Shown here: positions 1 to 12,280 of the stretch, piece after piece
How positions within the stretch are numbered: position 1 is the stretch's first letter
Layout of the letters: each line of letters begins with the position of its first letter
DNA from: Trypethelium eluteriae
Lineage: Eukaryota
Reading direction: 5' to 3'
Assembly: GCA_051942245.1 (NCBI GenBank)
Contig: JAVECL010000031.1
Span: forward strand, 1 to 64,000
DNA length: 64,000 bases
Translations under genes and position numbers: made by a program
The notes under the pieces: model-generated
The model's input: the letters and a program-made list of their open reading frames with translations, nothing else
Told to the model about the DNA's origin: nothing
Database searches by the model: none

Positions 1-982
1 CCCCATCTCAAAAGGACGATACCAAGAATTGGCTTTCGAGGCCATTAGGGTCACTGGGCTCGTTCCATTGCACCTCGAAGTCCTCTCACCCTTCCAGCCT
101 TTCAGCGTCATGATAGGTAGCTGGCCTAGTCTCATCAAGCAGGTTTAGCGGTTAAACCACTTCAGTCTGATGCTGCGAAGGTGAAAGGGGGTGTTGATGT
201 TCCGCACAACTGAAGGTCAAAAGGACTCGATTTGAACCTCTCTGGATAGCCTGAGGTGGAGGCGCTGTATAAAACTCATCGAGATGAGTGCGAAGGTAAA
301 CTACTAATCAGCTAGTGAAATGAGGATCTACATAGTAGATTCGAGAAACTCGTGCATGGACCCTCGCGCAGAGCGTAGCGAGATTACGCGGGAGGCTAGG
401 TTGATTGGATCAACTTCATGGAGAACATCATGAACACCATCCGGGGGAAATCGTTTAGCTGGACGGAGGTACTCTGCTACCTCTAACCCGAACCAAAGTA
501 GACCACTGAACCAAATTTGAAACCCTCTCATCCACAGACTCCAATTAGGTCCGCAGTGCTGGGTGGACAGCAAAGAGCAAGGGCGGGTTGAAGATGGCTG
601 GAATGATTTTGAAGGTATCTTCCAGGTTGTTTCGTGTGGTACTGCACATACTGAACTGCGGTGTGGAGTACGATAGAGTGGAGTGACCTCTGCCCGATCG
701 GGCCGTGCGGGACGAGCGGAAATCTCGGTCAGACCTCCATCTCAATCCTTTCAATATCGTATCTTACCACACGTACCATGCTACTCCCACCACTCCCTTC
801 CGCACTTGATCCGCACCAAGCCGCTGCGGCGTATACCGATGTGCAAAATTCGGAGAATGCGTTACGGATGATTGGAACTTCGCGGCTCTGCCAATCTGGT
901 GGTCAGCACGTCACAGCAAAGCATTGCCAGCCAAGTCCGCCATCACGCGTTCAAGCCACATCCTCCCAAAGGACAGGGGCCA

Positions 983-2758
983 ATGCTACGCAAGCGGGCG
1001 CGGAAAGCATGTCTACCATGCCACAAGCGCAAGGTGAAATGCAATGGAGCTTGGCCGTGTGACGTCTGTCAAGGCTATGGGTACGATTGCGAATACGCGG
1101 CGGAGTCGGAAAAGCCGGGAAAGAAGTTGCAGATTGACGTAAAGACGACGTCCACGGTGATGACCGATGCAATGGCTGGCAAAGACCTCAGATCAGATCA
1201 TAATCCTCGCGTCACTGAATCTGTCCCCAACGACTTGAAGAATAGGCATGTTCCTGGAAAGTCCTATGTACTGGTCGAAGTTCCGAATGGCAAAGCCCTC
1301 AAACTCTCATCAGCTCCCTTTCCCGAGTCTCTGATCTCACGATATACAACGTCTTATAGTGCCGTAGCATTCCCACGAGACCTTGGCCATTCCTTCCGAA
1401 TGCCCAGCGCGCCTAGGTTGCATTGCTTTGCCTGGCATATGGGTACCAGAAGAGAGAGCCAACCGTCATTGGGTGATCGATTGTTTGACCAAATATCTCT
1501 TCAAGATGCCCTGAAGTATGCCAATATCTATTTTGAGCGCGTTCATCCAGTCCTAGCGATTCTGGACCAGTCCCATGCCATACAGACATGTAACAAGGCA
1601 TGGAATCTGAAGCAAATGCCAATTGATGTAGAGGCTACCGTTTGTGGGTTGGTTGCTCTTGGATCCCTATTTGAAGCTCATTCAAAGGCATGGGAAAAGG
1701 AGTCCGGGGTCGTTCACCAGGCACAGCACCTTCTTGAGATCAGTGTATCCCAACCGCCGTCGCAGTTGTCCCTCAAGTTTGTCATTGCCTGGGTACTGCG
1801 GGCCGTGTATCTACGCTGCACATCCAGGCCACATCTCTCTTGGATGGCTAGCTGTAATGCCATACATCTTGCTGAAGCAATTGGACTTCATCAAGAATTC
1901 AGAGAAATGGATGCACTACAACAAAGATCTCAAGAGGCGATTGGTGAAGAAACGGCCTACCGTCGGAGAGCTTTTTGGATTGCCATATCGTTGAATCGTC
2001 TCTTCTCCATGGAGTATGGACGATCTCCGCTAAGGCTGGACTTCGTAAGTTGTTTGCCAATCACCGAAGATGACAATCTGGCATCTATGAATGATTTCAT
2101 AGCCATCTGCGAACAGCTACCAAGCTTCTCGAATGACGCGACACAACCCGATCGCGAAGTTGAGTCACTAAAGATCCACATGGAACGACTTTCACGAATC
2201 AGCGTCCACGTGCCACCGTTGGCTCTGGTCAAAGCCGAAGTATGCTTCGTACTGTATCGGCGAATGCGTTTTCTTGAGAGCCGTATGACAGCAACTCAGA
2301 CAGAAACGGTCTTGAGCATCATTCTAGCCGGACTCGAAGAAGCACAATCGCTCACCAATATTGGCTCGAGTTGGTGGAACGTCGTCGGAGTTTCGTTCCA
2401 AAGCGTCTGTGTCCTCCTTGCTATAGATAATCCGGCAAGCCTAGCACTGCTGCCAACCGCGATGAACACACTTGGATCAATCGCACGTGCTTACAACACG
2501 AATTTGGTGCGAGAAGCGCTTCATACAGCCGCTCAACTTATTCATGGGCTCCGCACGAAGAAGATGGAAGAAGTTCGGGGCATAGAACAGGCACTAGATG
2601 TTTCTGGTGTTCATCAAATTCCGGAGCCCGACGCACAAGACATCCAGATGATGCCTGAGTTACCATGGGGCCTGGATTGGCCGATTGAGTGTGACGGAGG
2701 ATGGATGGAGATGCTCTTCGATCCGGACATGTTCCAAGATATAACAAGCATTCAATGA
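983..2758 (+). CDS. Zn2Cys6 transcription factor with fungal-specific TF domain, RDR1-like
   Basis: First ATG at 983 within ORF 872..2758. Binuclear cluster RKACLPCHKRKVKCNGAWPCDVCQGYGYDCEY. SAVAFPR..PRLHCFAWH and RRRAFWIAISLNRLFSMEYGR segments recall yeast Rdr1-family regulators. Single exon. Confidence 0.88.
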   Translation: MLRKRARKACLPCHKRKVKCNGAWPCDVCQGYGYDCEYAAESEKPGKKLQIDVKTTSTVMTDAMAGKDLRSDHNPRVTESVPNDLKNRHVPGKSYVLVEVPNGKALKLSSAPFPESLISRYTTSYSAVAFPRDLGHSFRMPSAPRLHCFAWHMGTRRESQPSLGDRLFDQISLQDALKYANIYFERVHPVLAILDQSHAIQTCNKAWNLKQMPIDVEATVCGLVALGSLFEAHSKAWEKESGVVHQAQHLLEISVSQPPSQLSLKFVIAWVLRAVYLRCTSRPHLSWMASCNAIHLAEAIGLHQEFREMDALQQRSQEAIGEETAYRRRAFWIAISLNRLFSMEYGRSPLRLDFVSCLPITEDDNLASMNDFIAICEQLPSFSNDATQPDREVESLKIHMERLSRISVHVPPLALVKAEVCFVLYRRMRFLESRMTATQTETVLSIILAGLEEAQSLTNIGSSWWNVVGVSFQSVCVLLAIDNPASLALLPTAMNTLGSIARAYNTNLVREALHTAAQLIHGLRTKKMEEVRGIEQALDVSGVHQIPEPDAQDIQMMPELPWGLDWPIECDGGWMEMLFDPDMFQDITSIQ

Positions 2759-3157
2759 CCTCAACAAATTCTTTGTAAGGGGCAACCATTACAGTATATC
2801 TCTAAGGATTCTGCATTGTCCAAGGCGACGAAGTGATCAAGACACTTCGAAACCCAGCCTGGTACATCAATGCGGCGCTACCTTCCAGGACCCAAGAGAA
2901 ATAGTCGGCACCGACGTCTTAGAGAGAAATCTGGACATTCATTAAAGATCTGACTACAGAGCACCTATTTCAGGGATTACATGGTCACCAACTGTTACAA
3001 CGTCCGTTTTCGTCGTGCAATCTGGATACTGATATATGGGATCCAACTTCAACCCCATATAAAGTATCCTCCAAGCTGGACCTCGCTCTCAGGAATGGCC
3101 TGATGTCCGAAAGAGTTGATGAAATTTGCTTATGCAAAAATGGAGCGCAATCTCTGA

Positions 3158-4156
3158 CTACCAAAGAATCTGAGGGGTCCAGGGCGTCTTTTGCATGCGG
3201 AATGAAGAGCCTAAAGGATCGAGGTACTCCGAGGGTTCTTTCAACTTAGGAATCAAAACGTCGTCAATGATATGAGCGACGCCGCCATAGATGATAAGAT
3301 CTTGCCGCACGATCCGAGCTTGATTGACATATGTCTCTCCGGACTCATCTGTATGGATGTGTACTGATGAGCCTTGTACGGTCTGCAGGGTGCTCTCGCT
3401 CTCGGCCATTGACTCGTGATAGAGAACTTTACCCGGTACGGCGTGGTATTCCAGGATGCTGGCCAGTTGGCTTGGTCTCAGAAGGCCCAACAGTGGGTTG
3501 AGTCTTTCGAATGCCAAATTATGTGGAATGAAGACAGTTACATCTTTCAGACTCTCAAGTAATGTGACAGAGTCTGCAACGTCCATGGCCTCAAGAAACT
3601 CCGACAAATTACCCAGTTGGGCCGTGGTCGAAATGTTGTGGGGCAAAACCATAGATGAGTTCAGTGTGTGAATGATGCCATCATCGAAACGGATGTCCGC
3701 CTCATCTACACCGCCAATGACCTGAAGCCCTGACTCCACGACCATTCCCGTACCCCCGTTCCGAGACAATTTTACGGCTGCGCCCTGGGTGACATTGGTC
3801 AAGATTGGAGGTTGTAGGAAAGAATGTACCACTTGTTTCTCGTTTGAACTTGGGATCGAATCTGCCGTGTATGTACCATCAAGTACGTGATAAGTCAACA
3901 GGGCACGGGCAATAAATGGTTCGACCTCGCTGACGTTAAAGCCCCATTTTGCAAGGGCACGGTAGGCGTCATCGGTAGGGGCAATGAGAGTAATGTTTGA
4001 AAATGAGTCGAAGGATTCCAGGAGGTTGAATTGCTTCAAAAGGTCGTGAAGAATAGAGAGTGAGGGATGCGAGGACAAGGTTGACTTTAGCGATTCAGTC
4101 GCGGCAGTGGAAAGGAAGCTGGCCCCGAAGAATACAACGGCTGCAAGGAGCTGCAT
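3158..4156 (-). CDS. elcF: Secreted fasciclin (FAS1 x2) protein, ElcF/CTB11-like
   Basis: ATG at 4156 followed by a hydrophobic signal (MQLLAAVVFFGASFLSTAATE). Two FAS1 repeats: ITLIAPTDDAY..LLTYHVL..GIIHTLN and VTVFIPHNLAF..ILEYHAV..GVAHIIDDVLIP. Divergent from the laccase gene. Confidence 0.88.
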   Translation of the reverse strand: MQLLAAVVFFGASFLSTAATESLKSTLSSHPSLSILHDLLKQFNLLESFDSFSNITLIAPTDDAYRALAKWGFNVSEVEPFIARALLTYHVLDGTYTADSIPSSNEKQVVHSFLQPPILTNVTQGAAVKLSRNGGTGMVVESGLQVIGGVDEADIRFDDGIIHTLNSSMVLPHNISTTAQLGNLSEFLEAMDVADSVTLLESLKDVTVFIPHNLAFERLNPLLGLLRPSQLASILEYHAVPGKVLYHESMAESESTLQTVQGSSVHIHTDESGETYVNQARIVRQDLIIYGGVAHIIDDVLIPKLKEPSEYLDPLGSSFRMQKTPWTPQILW

Positions 4157-4699
4157 GTTCAATTGAGTCTCTACCTCTTCACTTTTCAAATTGGCCAACG
4201 TATGACGGCTGAGGGCTCTGAGTTCTCAAAAATCTCTCCAGAACGATGCAGCAGGTCTGTACGGTAGTAAATTCTGGGCGTTGACATTGACCTGCAAGCT
4301 ACACAGTTCACTACTCTACCTAACACCGATGGACGCCATAATCTTAGAAGGCCGAAGCTCTTGGACTTGCGGTGTCGCGAATGCATAGGGTGTGAGGTCC
4401 GATAGCTTTGCCGTATCTGCGGCATGAGATGCTTGAATTTGCCCTTCCAGAGGATTTCAAGTTTCCGAGTCGCATCCAGAGTAGTAGTGGTAGAGTGCTC
4501 TGGAAAAGCTCCGACCGCTCTTTCTGACCCCTCATTCGTCAACATCGCGCGACTACAACGCTTTTCGCCTCAACGATGGCTCAAGCTACGACAGGTGGAT
4601 CATAGACAAGGAGTATGGTCCGCCCTACGGGCTTTGTGAGAGAGGGATGACGAGACCGATTGGGCGGTTAATGTCCGAGATATTCGGAAACGGCCGATC

Positions 4700-4710
4700 T
4701 CGCTGACCGG
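4700..4710 (+). promoter_or_regulatory. Putative cluster-1 TF site TCGCTGACCGG (TCGnTGAnCG; AflR-like TCG-N5-CGR)
   Basis: In the fasciclin/laccase divergent promoter. The same core recurs in all cluster-1 biosynthetic promoters. Confidence 0.65.
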
Positions 4711-4872
4711 TGGATGGAGTGTCGCTAGAGTACCGCAAGTTTTTTGTAGAACATGCACAATTGCAAACAAGGGCATGGATAGACCTAAGCTAGGAAGTAA
4801 AGGTCGAATGTGGTAGTATTTTCTTTCTCCTGTCATACTTCACCCTTTTTTTTTCTTGCGGTAAAATTCAGC

Positions 4873-6824
4873 ATGCTTTCTTTGGCGGGTCAAGCATTTC
4901 GTTTTCTTTGCTGTTCTTTGGCATTTCTTCAAAACCGGAACTTTTGCGAAAATTCAGAGCATGCCTTATCGAAGAATGTGGTTCATTTCCAGGTAGACCT
5001 GACCGCTGGAGAAGTAAACCCTACTGGTGCTGGCTTCCGTAAAGTCATCCTCGTCAATGATAGTTTCACCGGCCCTTCTCTACGTTTGAGCGTAGGGGAC
5101 CACGTGGAATTTCTTGTGCGAAATTTCCTACGAGTGGATACTTCGGTTCACTTCCATGGCATAAGTCAAAAGGAATCGCCATGGGCTGATGGGACGCCCG
5201 GGTTGACACAGAAGGAGATCCGGCCCGGAGCTTCGTATCTCTACAAATGGCAGGCTGATCAGCCTGGTGTCTATTTCTATCATGCACACAATAGGGGTCA
5301 AATCATGGACGGATTATACGGAGCGATCATCATTGATGCTCATCCCGAAGCAGAGCGTCCATTCCATCTCATCAGTCGTGACCCTGCTGACCAAAGTGCC
5401 ATGCGCGCAGCGGAGAAAAGGCTACAACCATTGGCAATCTCTGATTGGAGTCAGCTCACGTTCTCTGAGTTCTATAGGGTTGAACGAGAGGCGAATATTG
5501 ACTTCACATGCATGGATGCGATTGTTGTTAATGGGGCCGTAAGTTACAAGTCTAGACCCCAATACAAGCCAAGATATTGATGTCTGACATCCGCTGATAG
5601 GGATCCCAATATTGTCTAGATCGCCAATCCCTCGATGACTTCACCAACCCTCTGGTAAAGGCTATTCTCGCAGCTACTGGCGAAAAGGGCATTACCGACA
5701 AAGGCTGTGTGCCGCCTTTGCAGCTCTTCCAGGGTAATTTCACGCTCAACCTCGATGCGCTCCCGCCCGAGGCCTACAGAAGATGTATTCCAGGCGTTGG
5801 AGGGCAGGGAAACTTCACTGTACATGCACACTCGGGAGAGAAGTGGGCGGCCCTGACCTTCATCAACCCTGGCGGTCTGTACCCTCTCAAGGTGACAATC
5901 GACAATCATCCGCTTCACGTCTATGCCGTCGACGGCCAGTACATTTATCCACAGACCGTGGACCAAATTCTTGTCAACAATGGAAACCGCATTTCGGTAT
6001 TTGTTAAACTTGACCAGGGAGTCGGAAGGTACACTATTAGAATCGCTAACGATCTATTGGGGCAAGTGCTAGGCGGTTTCGCGGCGCTCTCCTACAACGG
6101 AGCGACAGAAGAGCCCGCTGAGAGCCGTCCAATGATGAACTATGCCGGCCAACCGCTTTCGGAAACAATCCGGAAATTCTCCGAGGATACAGCTCGCCCA
6201 TATCCGCCTCTTAGGCCAGCTAGGTCAGCAGATAGGACTCGTAAGTTTTTAGTTAGAAAGCTTGGACGTCCCTATGGATCGTACGAGTGGACGCTCTCAG
6301 GACATCAAGGCTACAATATCAGTGAGGAAGATAGATCACCTCCCGTTCTTTTCCAGGACCCCGACAGATTCAACTCGAGCGAAACTGTTATGAAGACCAA
6401 GAAAAATGAGTGGGTGGATCTAATCCTCGAAGTGGAAGGCCCGTTTGCGCAAGCACACCCGATGCATAAGCATGGTAACAAAGCATTCGTCATTGGTTCT
6501 GGAGTTGGTTCTTTCCCTTGGGCCACTGTCGCTGAAGCGGCAAGAGAGTTGCCACCCAGTACCTTCAACACCGTTGACCCACCTTACAGAGATAGCTTCA
6601 ATACTATCGAAGGGGTAAATAGCAATACCTGGCTAGTTCTGCGGTACAAAGCTGAGAATCCCGGAGCATGGCTCTTCCACTGTCATATCCAGACACATCT
6701 GACCGGAGGTATGGGAGCCATGATACTAGATGCGGTAGATGAGTTTCCTAAGATTCCTCGCGACTATCTAGAATGGAACGGATTCAAAGAGCCAAAGGTG
6801 GCACCCACGGAAGAGGGTACTTGA
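4873..6824 (+). CDS. elcG: Laccase-like multicopper oxidase (phenol-coupling type), ElcG/CTB12-like
   Basis: Exons 4873-5538 and 5601-6824 (GT..AG intron, frame preserved). All four Cu motifs present: VHFHG, FYHAH, HPMHKHG, WLFHCHIQTHLTGGM. Confidence 0.92.
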
Positions 6825-7597
6825 TTCATGGCCTATTTACTATGTGCAAAATTGTCATTATAGATTTAGTGGTTCTCTTCGATCAGAAATTATCAAATTG
6901 CTGACCGTGGATCCCTCTCAACCATCGCTTGATACGCAACTCAAGTATTCACAGAGTACTGGCGTTAGTAGCTAGCCTGATCTCTAGCTTGGGCTGAGAC
7001 TACAGCTCAATGACTGAACCATCGATCACGGGCCGATGGCTACTCCAAAACTATGAATCGCGTTCATCTTCACTGTGACTCCCTGAGTAGAATGAAGATC
7101 TTAAACCTGCTTGGCCGTCAAAGGCCACATTTCACCTCACAATTCTTACTGATCATCTACCAGCAGTCCCGCTTCGTCCCATTGATCTATTCGCTCCCCA
7201 GGTTTCGCTTCTCTTTTGAAACTGCACTCCTTCTTTCTTGACCGCTCGCAATTAACTTTCCGACTAGCACAAATGTGCCTTGTCCAAAGTTGGGATACGG
7301 AATATGTACATAGAGCGAGAAGTTTGAAGGGAGCCTTGTCGCACGTCGGCGGCGGACAATCAACTAAGGTACTCTATGAGGCACGGGTGATAAGGTAGAG
7401 AGTATCGTACCTTAGGAGAGGTAGGTACCGGGCACGGAGTACTCACGCGCATCACGTCACGACACGGAGTACGGAGTGCTCCGTACCCTTAGTAGCTGCC
7501 TAGCAAGGGTGGCACCAGCCTCGGTCGAGAAGCTTGTCCCTTCATCCCATTGCTCCGCACACCATCCACTTGCAAACCCATCCCGGCAACGACATCA

Positions 7598-7608
7598 CCG
7601 GTCATCGA
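7598..7608 (-). promoter_or_regulatory. Putative cluster-1 TF site TCGATGACCGG
   Basis: CCGGTCATCGA on the + strand, ~185 bp upstream of the OMT ATG. Confidence 0.62.
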
Positions 7609-7791
7609 AGTTCGGGAATCGGAAGACATCCAGTGTTCTCGCACGTCAAACAGACCGCAATGGATTGGAATGTGCACAGAATAAGGGACATGGGGCCTTT
7701 CCCAATGGCCAGAAGCTTGACGACCGACATTCCAGATTTAAGCAGTGTGGAAGGATAGTCTCTGTGCATCGCAGTGCGTTGGATTGTCAAC

Positions 7792-9333
7792 ATGCCGGGT
7801 CGAGTCGAAGACCAAGACATATTCGAGCTTGCTGCCACCATTTTGTCATCCACGGTGGATCTCAACAAATTCTTGAGAAAGCGGAAACTACAAGCTCTGT
7901 CGTTCGACAATCCAGCACCAAATGTGTCTTTGTCGCCCGAAAATGCTGCCTTTCATAATGCGAAAAGTACTATTGTCGAGGCTGCAGAGCGCCTCATTGA
8001 TATAGTCCGTGGACCGCGAGATGTGCTTATCGAACTGTCGTTTCAGGTACCTGCCCTCCACTCTTGTTCCTGTTTTGAGAACCGTCGCTCGGTTACTTGC
8101 TCGCCCTTGGATGTAGGCCAACTCGCTAATGTCATGCACAGCATTGCGCTTCTGCATCCTTGCAAGTCATCTTACGATATGGAATTCACCACTCCGTCCC
8201 TCTGAACGGCGCGACCACGTACGCCAAAATCGCAGAAGCTGTGGGCCGAGGCTTGTCCCCAGCATTCATTGAGCGGATCCTACAGCATGCCATGTCATTT
8301 GGCCTCTTCTCCAAAGCGACCTGTGGTCATGTATCACACAATACGGTCTCTTCGCTTTTAGTTACGGATTCGGATCTCGAGGCATGGCTATACCTATGTG
8401 CCAACATCGCTTACCCTGCTGGGGCGCAAATTCCCAAAGCCATCGACCAATATGGAGTCAGCGCAGAAGCCAACGAGACAGCATATAGCGTTTCAATAGG
8501 CCGGAAGATCTCTCAGTTTGAGCACTTTCGCGAACCAGACGGCCATGATGAACACGAAATGTTTGCACGAGCAATGAGAGGCATCTCAGCTGGAGGAGCA
8601 TACGACGTGCGGCATGTTGTGGATGGAGGCTACCCCTGGCATGAGCTCGAGGAGAGAGAAGGGACTCTATGTGTGGATGTCGGTGGAGGACCTGGCCACG
8701 TCTCGATGGCATTGGCTAGGAAATACCCCAAACTACGCTTTGAGGTTCAGGATCTCCCCGAGACTGTAGAAGTCGGGGCCCGAAACTGCCCCGAGGAACT
8801 AAAGGATCGATTTAACTTCCGAGCACATGACTTCTTCAAACTCCAGCCAGAGCATGACGTGTCTAATGGGCAGGCGATTGTGTACTTTGCGAGATTCATA
8901 TTACACGACTGGAGTGACAAATATGCCCGTCAAATATTAGACCCTCTAGCGAAGGGAATGCGAGCGCAGGATCGCTTGATCCTCAACGAAGTCGTTGTTC
9001 CGGAGCCCGGAGAGATGGCTCGCCAAATCGAGAGGAAATGCCAGTACGTATTGGACTCCCCCAGCCGCACTGGCTCGACTCCAAAATTCGTTGCTGACCA
9101 TCATTCTTTTCTTCACTAGTGACCGAGATCTACTTATGCTCATGAATCTCAATGGCCGAGAACGTACTTTGAGTGCGTTCAATGACCTATTCCAAGCAGT
9201 AACTCCGAGACTTCGCGTCTCCAAAGTACATCGGCCACCTCAAGGCGAGCTGTCGCTTATTGAGGTCGTACTAGATGATGATGATGGAACAAAAGTGGAC
9301 TGGAATGCCACAAACGGTATCTCTCATACTTGA
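7792..9333 (+). CDS. elcD: SAM-dependent O-methyltransferase, ElcD/CTB2-like
   Basis: Exons 7792-8046, 8142-9043, 9120-9333. SAM motif VDVGGGPG, catalytic ILHDWSD, C-terminal DLLMLMNLNGRERT. Confidence 0.9.
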
Positions 9334-10220
9334 GCGGGGTATCATACGTGGAAATAGCTCTTCACCCTGGATGTCCTGAATTCGAGCATCAGGCTGCTCG
9401 ATAGCCATTCCGATAGCGTCGTCCTAGGGACAGATGAATATTTGTTTCAATACGTCGACTGTTCTCGGCTTCTCGCGGTCAACTTTACCCTGAGTAGAAA
9501 ATCTCGATTACATGACGGAAATGGGATCCATCAAGTGATTTGATCTAGGAAACTCCAAAACTATACTTCAGTGTTGAAGTCGTAAACTTCTCGAGCTTAA
9601 GAAGTTGATTACTGACAGAAATTTCGGATCAATACTACTACATTTCCTTTTCACAAAGTCAACAAGGGAGCTGAAAAGCTGGACCTGGACCCAAGCAGCG
9701 GGAAGCTTGGTTCATCTACGCAATTAGGACACCACTCAAGGTAAGCAACGAGGTCTCGTAATCATTAGCGTGGCATTACCTGAGACCGTTCTCTGCCGAG
9801 ATGACCAAAATATTGGTTCCATCAAGCGCAGTGTAAACAGATCTTATCTCTATTAGAGTATCCTGGTCTTAATAATCGGGCCGGAATGTGGAAGAGCTCA
9901 CGGCAGTACGCAAAAGCCTCCAGGAATTACCACCATCCTCTCTGGTCTAGCAAAGTCTCGATTTGCCGATCTTCGACCAATAGCCATCAACGCTTTGTGA
10001 AACTTTGCCATCCGCTTCCAGAACCCGTTGTGCACTAGCATTGCAAAGGTAAAGCGACCAAAGTAATCTGATGGTGCGCCTCGGCCTTCGGGCCCACCCG
10101 CGGCTAAGTAGAGTACAGAGACACTGCCGTACGATACACGTCTTGTCGCAACGTGACGCTACGGATAAGCTGTTTTGCGTCTAGCCGGTGGAGAGGATGA
10201 CACTTTGACGAGGACTCAAG

Positions 10221-10250
10221 GATCGTGATCATGATCATGATCATGATCAT
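10221..10250. repeat. (GATCAT)n hexamer microsatellite, self-complementary
   Basis: GATCGT followed by four perfect GATCAT units. Confidence 0.8.
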
Positions 10251-10963
10251 GACCCTGGGGCCGGTCAGCCAAATGTGAAGTAATGCCAGTATCGAGTCAA
10301 CGCCGCCTGCTTGACAGTGTAGGACTTAGAGAAGATTACGTATCTTACATGAAACGTCTACGAGGATACCTGAGCTGTGCAACTGTTGCGGAATATCTGA
10401 GCCTAGGCCTCATTCGGTGCGAGGATAGACAAGTCAGGCAAGACCAAGTGGCCCAAGTGCGGGGCGATACGGGGAGCTCTGCTACGGACGCCAACTGAAA
10501 GAAGGCCGATTCGCACCTCCAAATTCCCAATCTTCTGGGTCTTGAGGCACCGGCACTTTCTCCCACTTGAGGACTTGCCCTTTTGCCAAGATGATATCTA
10601 AGCTCCACGGTGCCTCTTGCTTCGTGATTGGACTGATGGCCGGGGTCACCTCCGAAGGCGAGCTCCCGACCATCGCCGTCTACCTGTGGCCTTGTTCTGC
10701 CCAGCTAAGGCCAGCGGATTGACTCCGGGAGGACGACCATGTCAACAAGCTGGCAGCCGTATAAGTGCCACTGCGGGCTACTATGTGCATTGCCGTCTTT
10801 GGGAGGAATCGCGAAAGACGATGTCGTGCCTTGCTTGAACTTCAGAGCTTAAACCGTGGCCCTACAAGCCTTTCCCGGTCCTTCTTTTTTCCTACCAAAC
10901 TTGGGAGTTACAATTGTTCTCTAACCCGACTGCTGGATGAACATGATTCGCTAGCAAGCTGAG

Positions 10964-12280
10964 ATGGCCAGCCGAAATCACAGGGATGGCGAGCACCGGC
11001 GAAAAATCCGAGAATCATGCAATAGCTGCAGTTCCCAGAAAATCCGCTGTGGCAAGCAGCGCCCCAGCTGCGCTCGCTGTGTTGCCAAAGGCCTGCAGTG
11101 CAATTACAGCTATTCCCAGCGAACTGGACGACGGGCGCCATCTTCAAACACATCGAGATCGAATTCCACCACGATGGCTTCCATTGCACCGCCAGTCACT
11201 CCGATGGCATGTGAACCTGACCCATTGGTTGGGGTCAGATCTGCGTCCATGACGCCTCCGATTCCACCCTTGGCTATCCATGGCGTTGATGCATTCTCCC
11301 TTGATCCAGTTCAAGACAGCTCGACGAATGCTTTCGATGATACCGAAGACGTCTTCCAGGATTTCGGCTCGACCCTGCCGCTGGATCTCTTGTGGTCACC
11401 AACAACGGACGTGACTACAACGTGCAGCAATCTTATCAACAGCACCGGAACGGCGGGTCCGGCCCACACTGCCGGCTCTTTACCTCCATATCCACAGTCG
11501 TACAACAAATGGCAGAGCCTGCAAACCCCTGCTTCTACCGCTGTACCGGAATCATTTAGCACGACTTCAGAGTTTGCTCAAGAACCAAGGACAGAGCATG
11601 AGAGACCGCCGCCAGAGCCTTACCATAGTGGTCAGGACTGCATGGCCCTAGCTCTACAAGTTGTGTATGACCTGCACGTTCCGCGAGAGCACTGCAGAAC
11701 GGCCGCCTCCTCAGACCCTATGACATGCATACAGACGTTCAAAGATGAGCCGCGAGACGTCGATTCGGTTTTGTTTCTGAACCGCGATGCCATCAAGTCG
11801 GTCAACAAGATCCTGGGCTGTCCATGTTCGGCGGATCGTAGTGTTGCCTTGGCCTGTTACCTTGCAGCCGCCAAGATAATAGAGTGGTATGGTGCGGCCA
11901 TAGGTATTTCCGTGGATGCTTCACGCGACGATGGCCACGAGAATGGTGCCAATGGCTTCCTCGACGACGAAGTTAAGCTACGACCCATGTCGGATCGAAT
12001 TATCTCGCGACCAATTTTTATGGGTAGATATTGTCTGGATGCGGAGGTACATCGTTCTGTCCGCGCCAAAGTTGTTCTCAGTGAACTCAGAGAGCACATT
12101 CAGCCTCTGATGAGCCGCTTACCCAGATATCACATTTCGCAAGCAAGCGGCAAAGGAGCGAAGCACGGAGCTCCTGTTGCCTCGCCTTTCTCTAAAGATA
12201 ATGACAATTCATCCTGCATGCTTCGAAACCAGGTGAGAAAAATAATTCGTGAGGCTAGCAACATCAACAAACACCTATAA
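10964..12280 (+). CDS. elcR: AflR-type Zn2Cys6 pathway-specific transcription factor, ElcR/CTB8-like
   Basis: RKIRESCNSCSSQKIRCGKQRPSCARCVAKGLQCNY. AflR-like C-terminal region (VDSVLFLNRDAIKSVNKILGCPCS..KIIEWY..AKVVLSELR). Single 438-aa ORF in the middle of the cluster. Confidence 0.9.
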   Translation: MASRNHRDGEHRRKIRESCNSCSSQKIRCGKQRPSCARCVAKGLQCNYSYSQRTGRRAPSSNTSRSNSTTMASIAPPVTPMACEPDPLVGVRSASMTPPIPPLAIHGVDAFSLDPVQDSSTNAFDDTEDVFQDFGSTLPLDLLWSPTTDVTTTCSNLINSTGTAGPAHTAGSLPPYPQSYNKWQSLQTPASTAVPESFSTTSEFAQEPRTEHERPPPEPYHSGQDCMALALQVVYDLHVPREHCRTAASSDPMTCIQTFKDEPRDVDSVLFLNRDAIKSVNKILGCPCSADRSVALACYLAAAKIIEWYGAAIGISVDASRDDGHENGANGFLDDEVKLRPMSDRIISRPIFMGRYCLDAEVHRSVRAKVVLSELREHIQPLMSRLPRYHISQASGKGAKHGAPVASPFSKDNDNSSCMLRNQVRKIIREASNINKHL

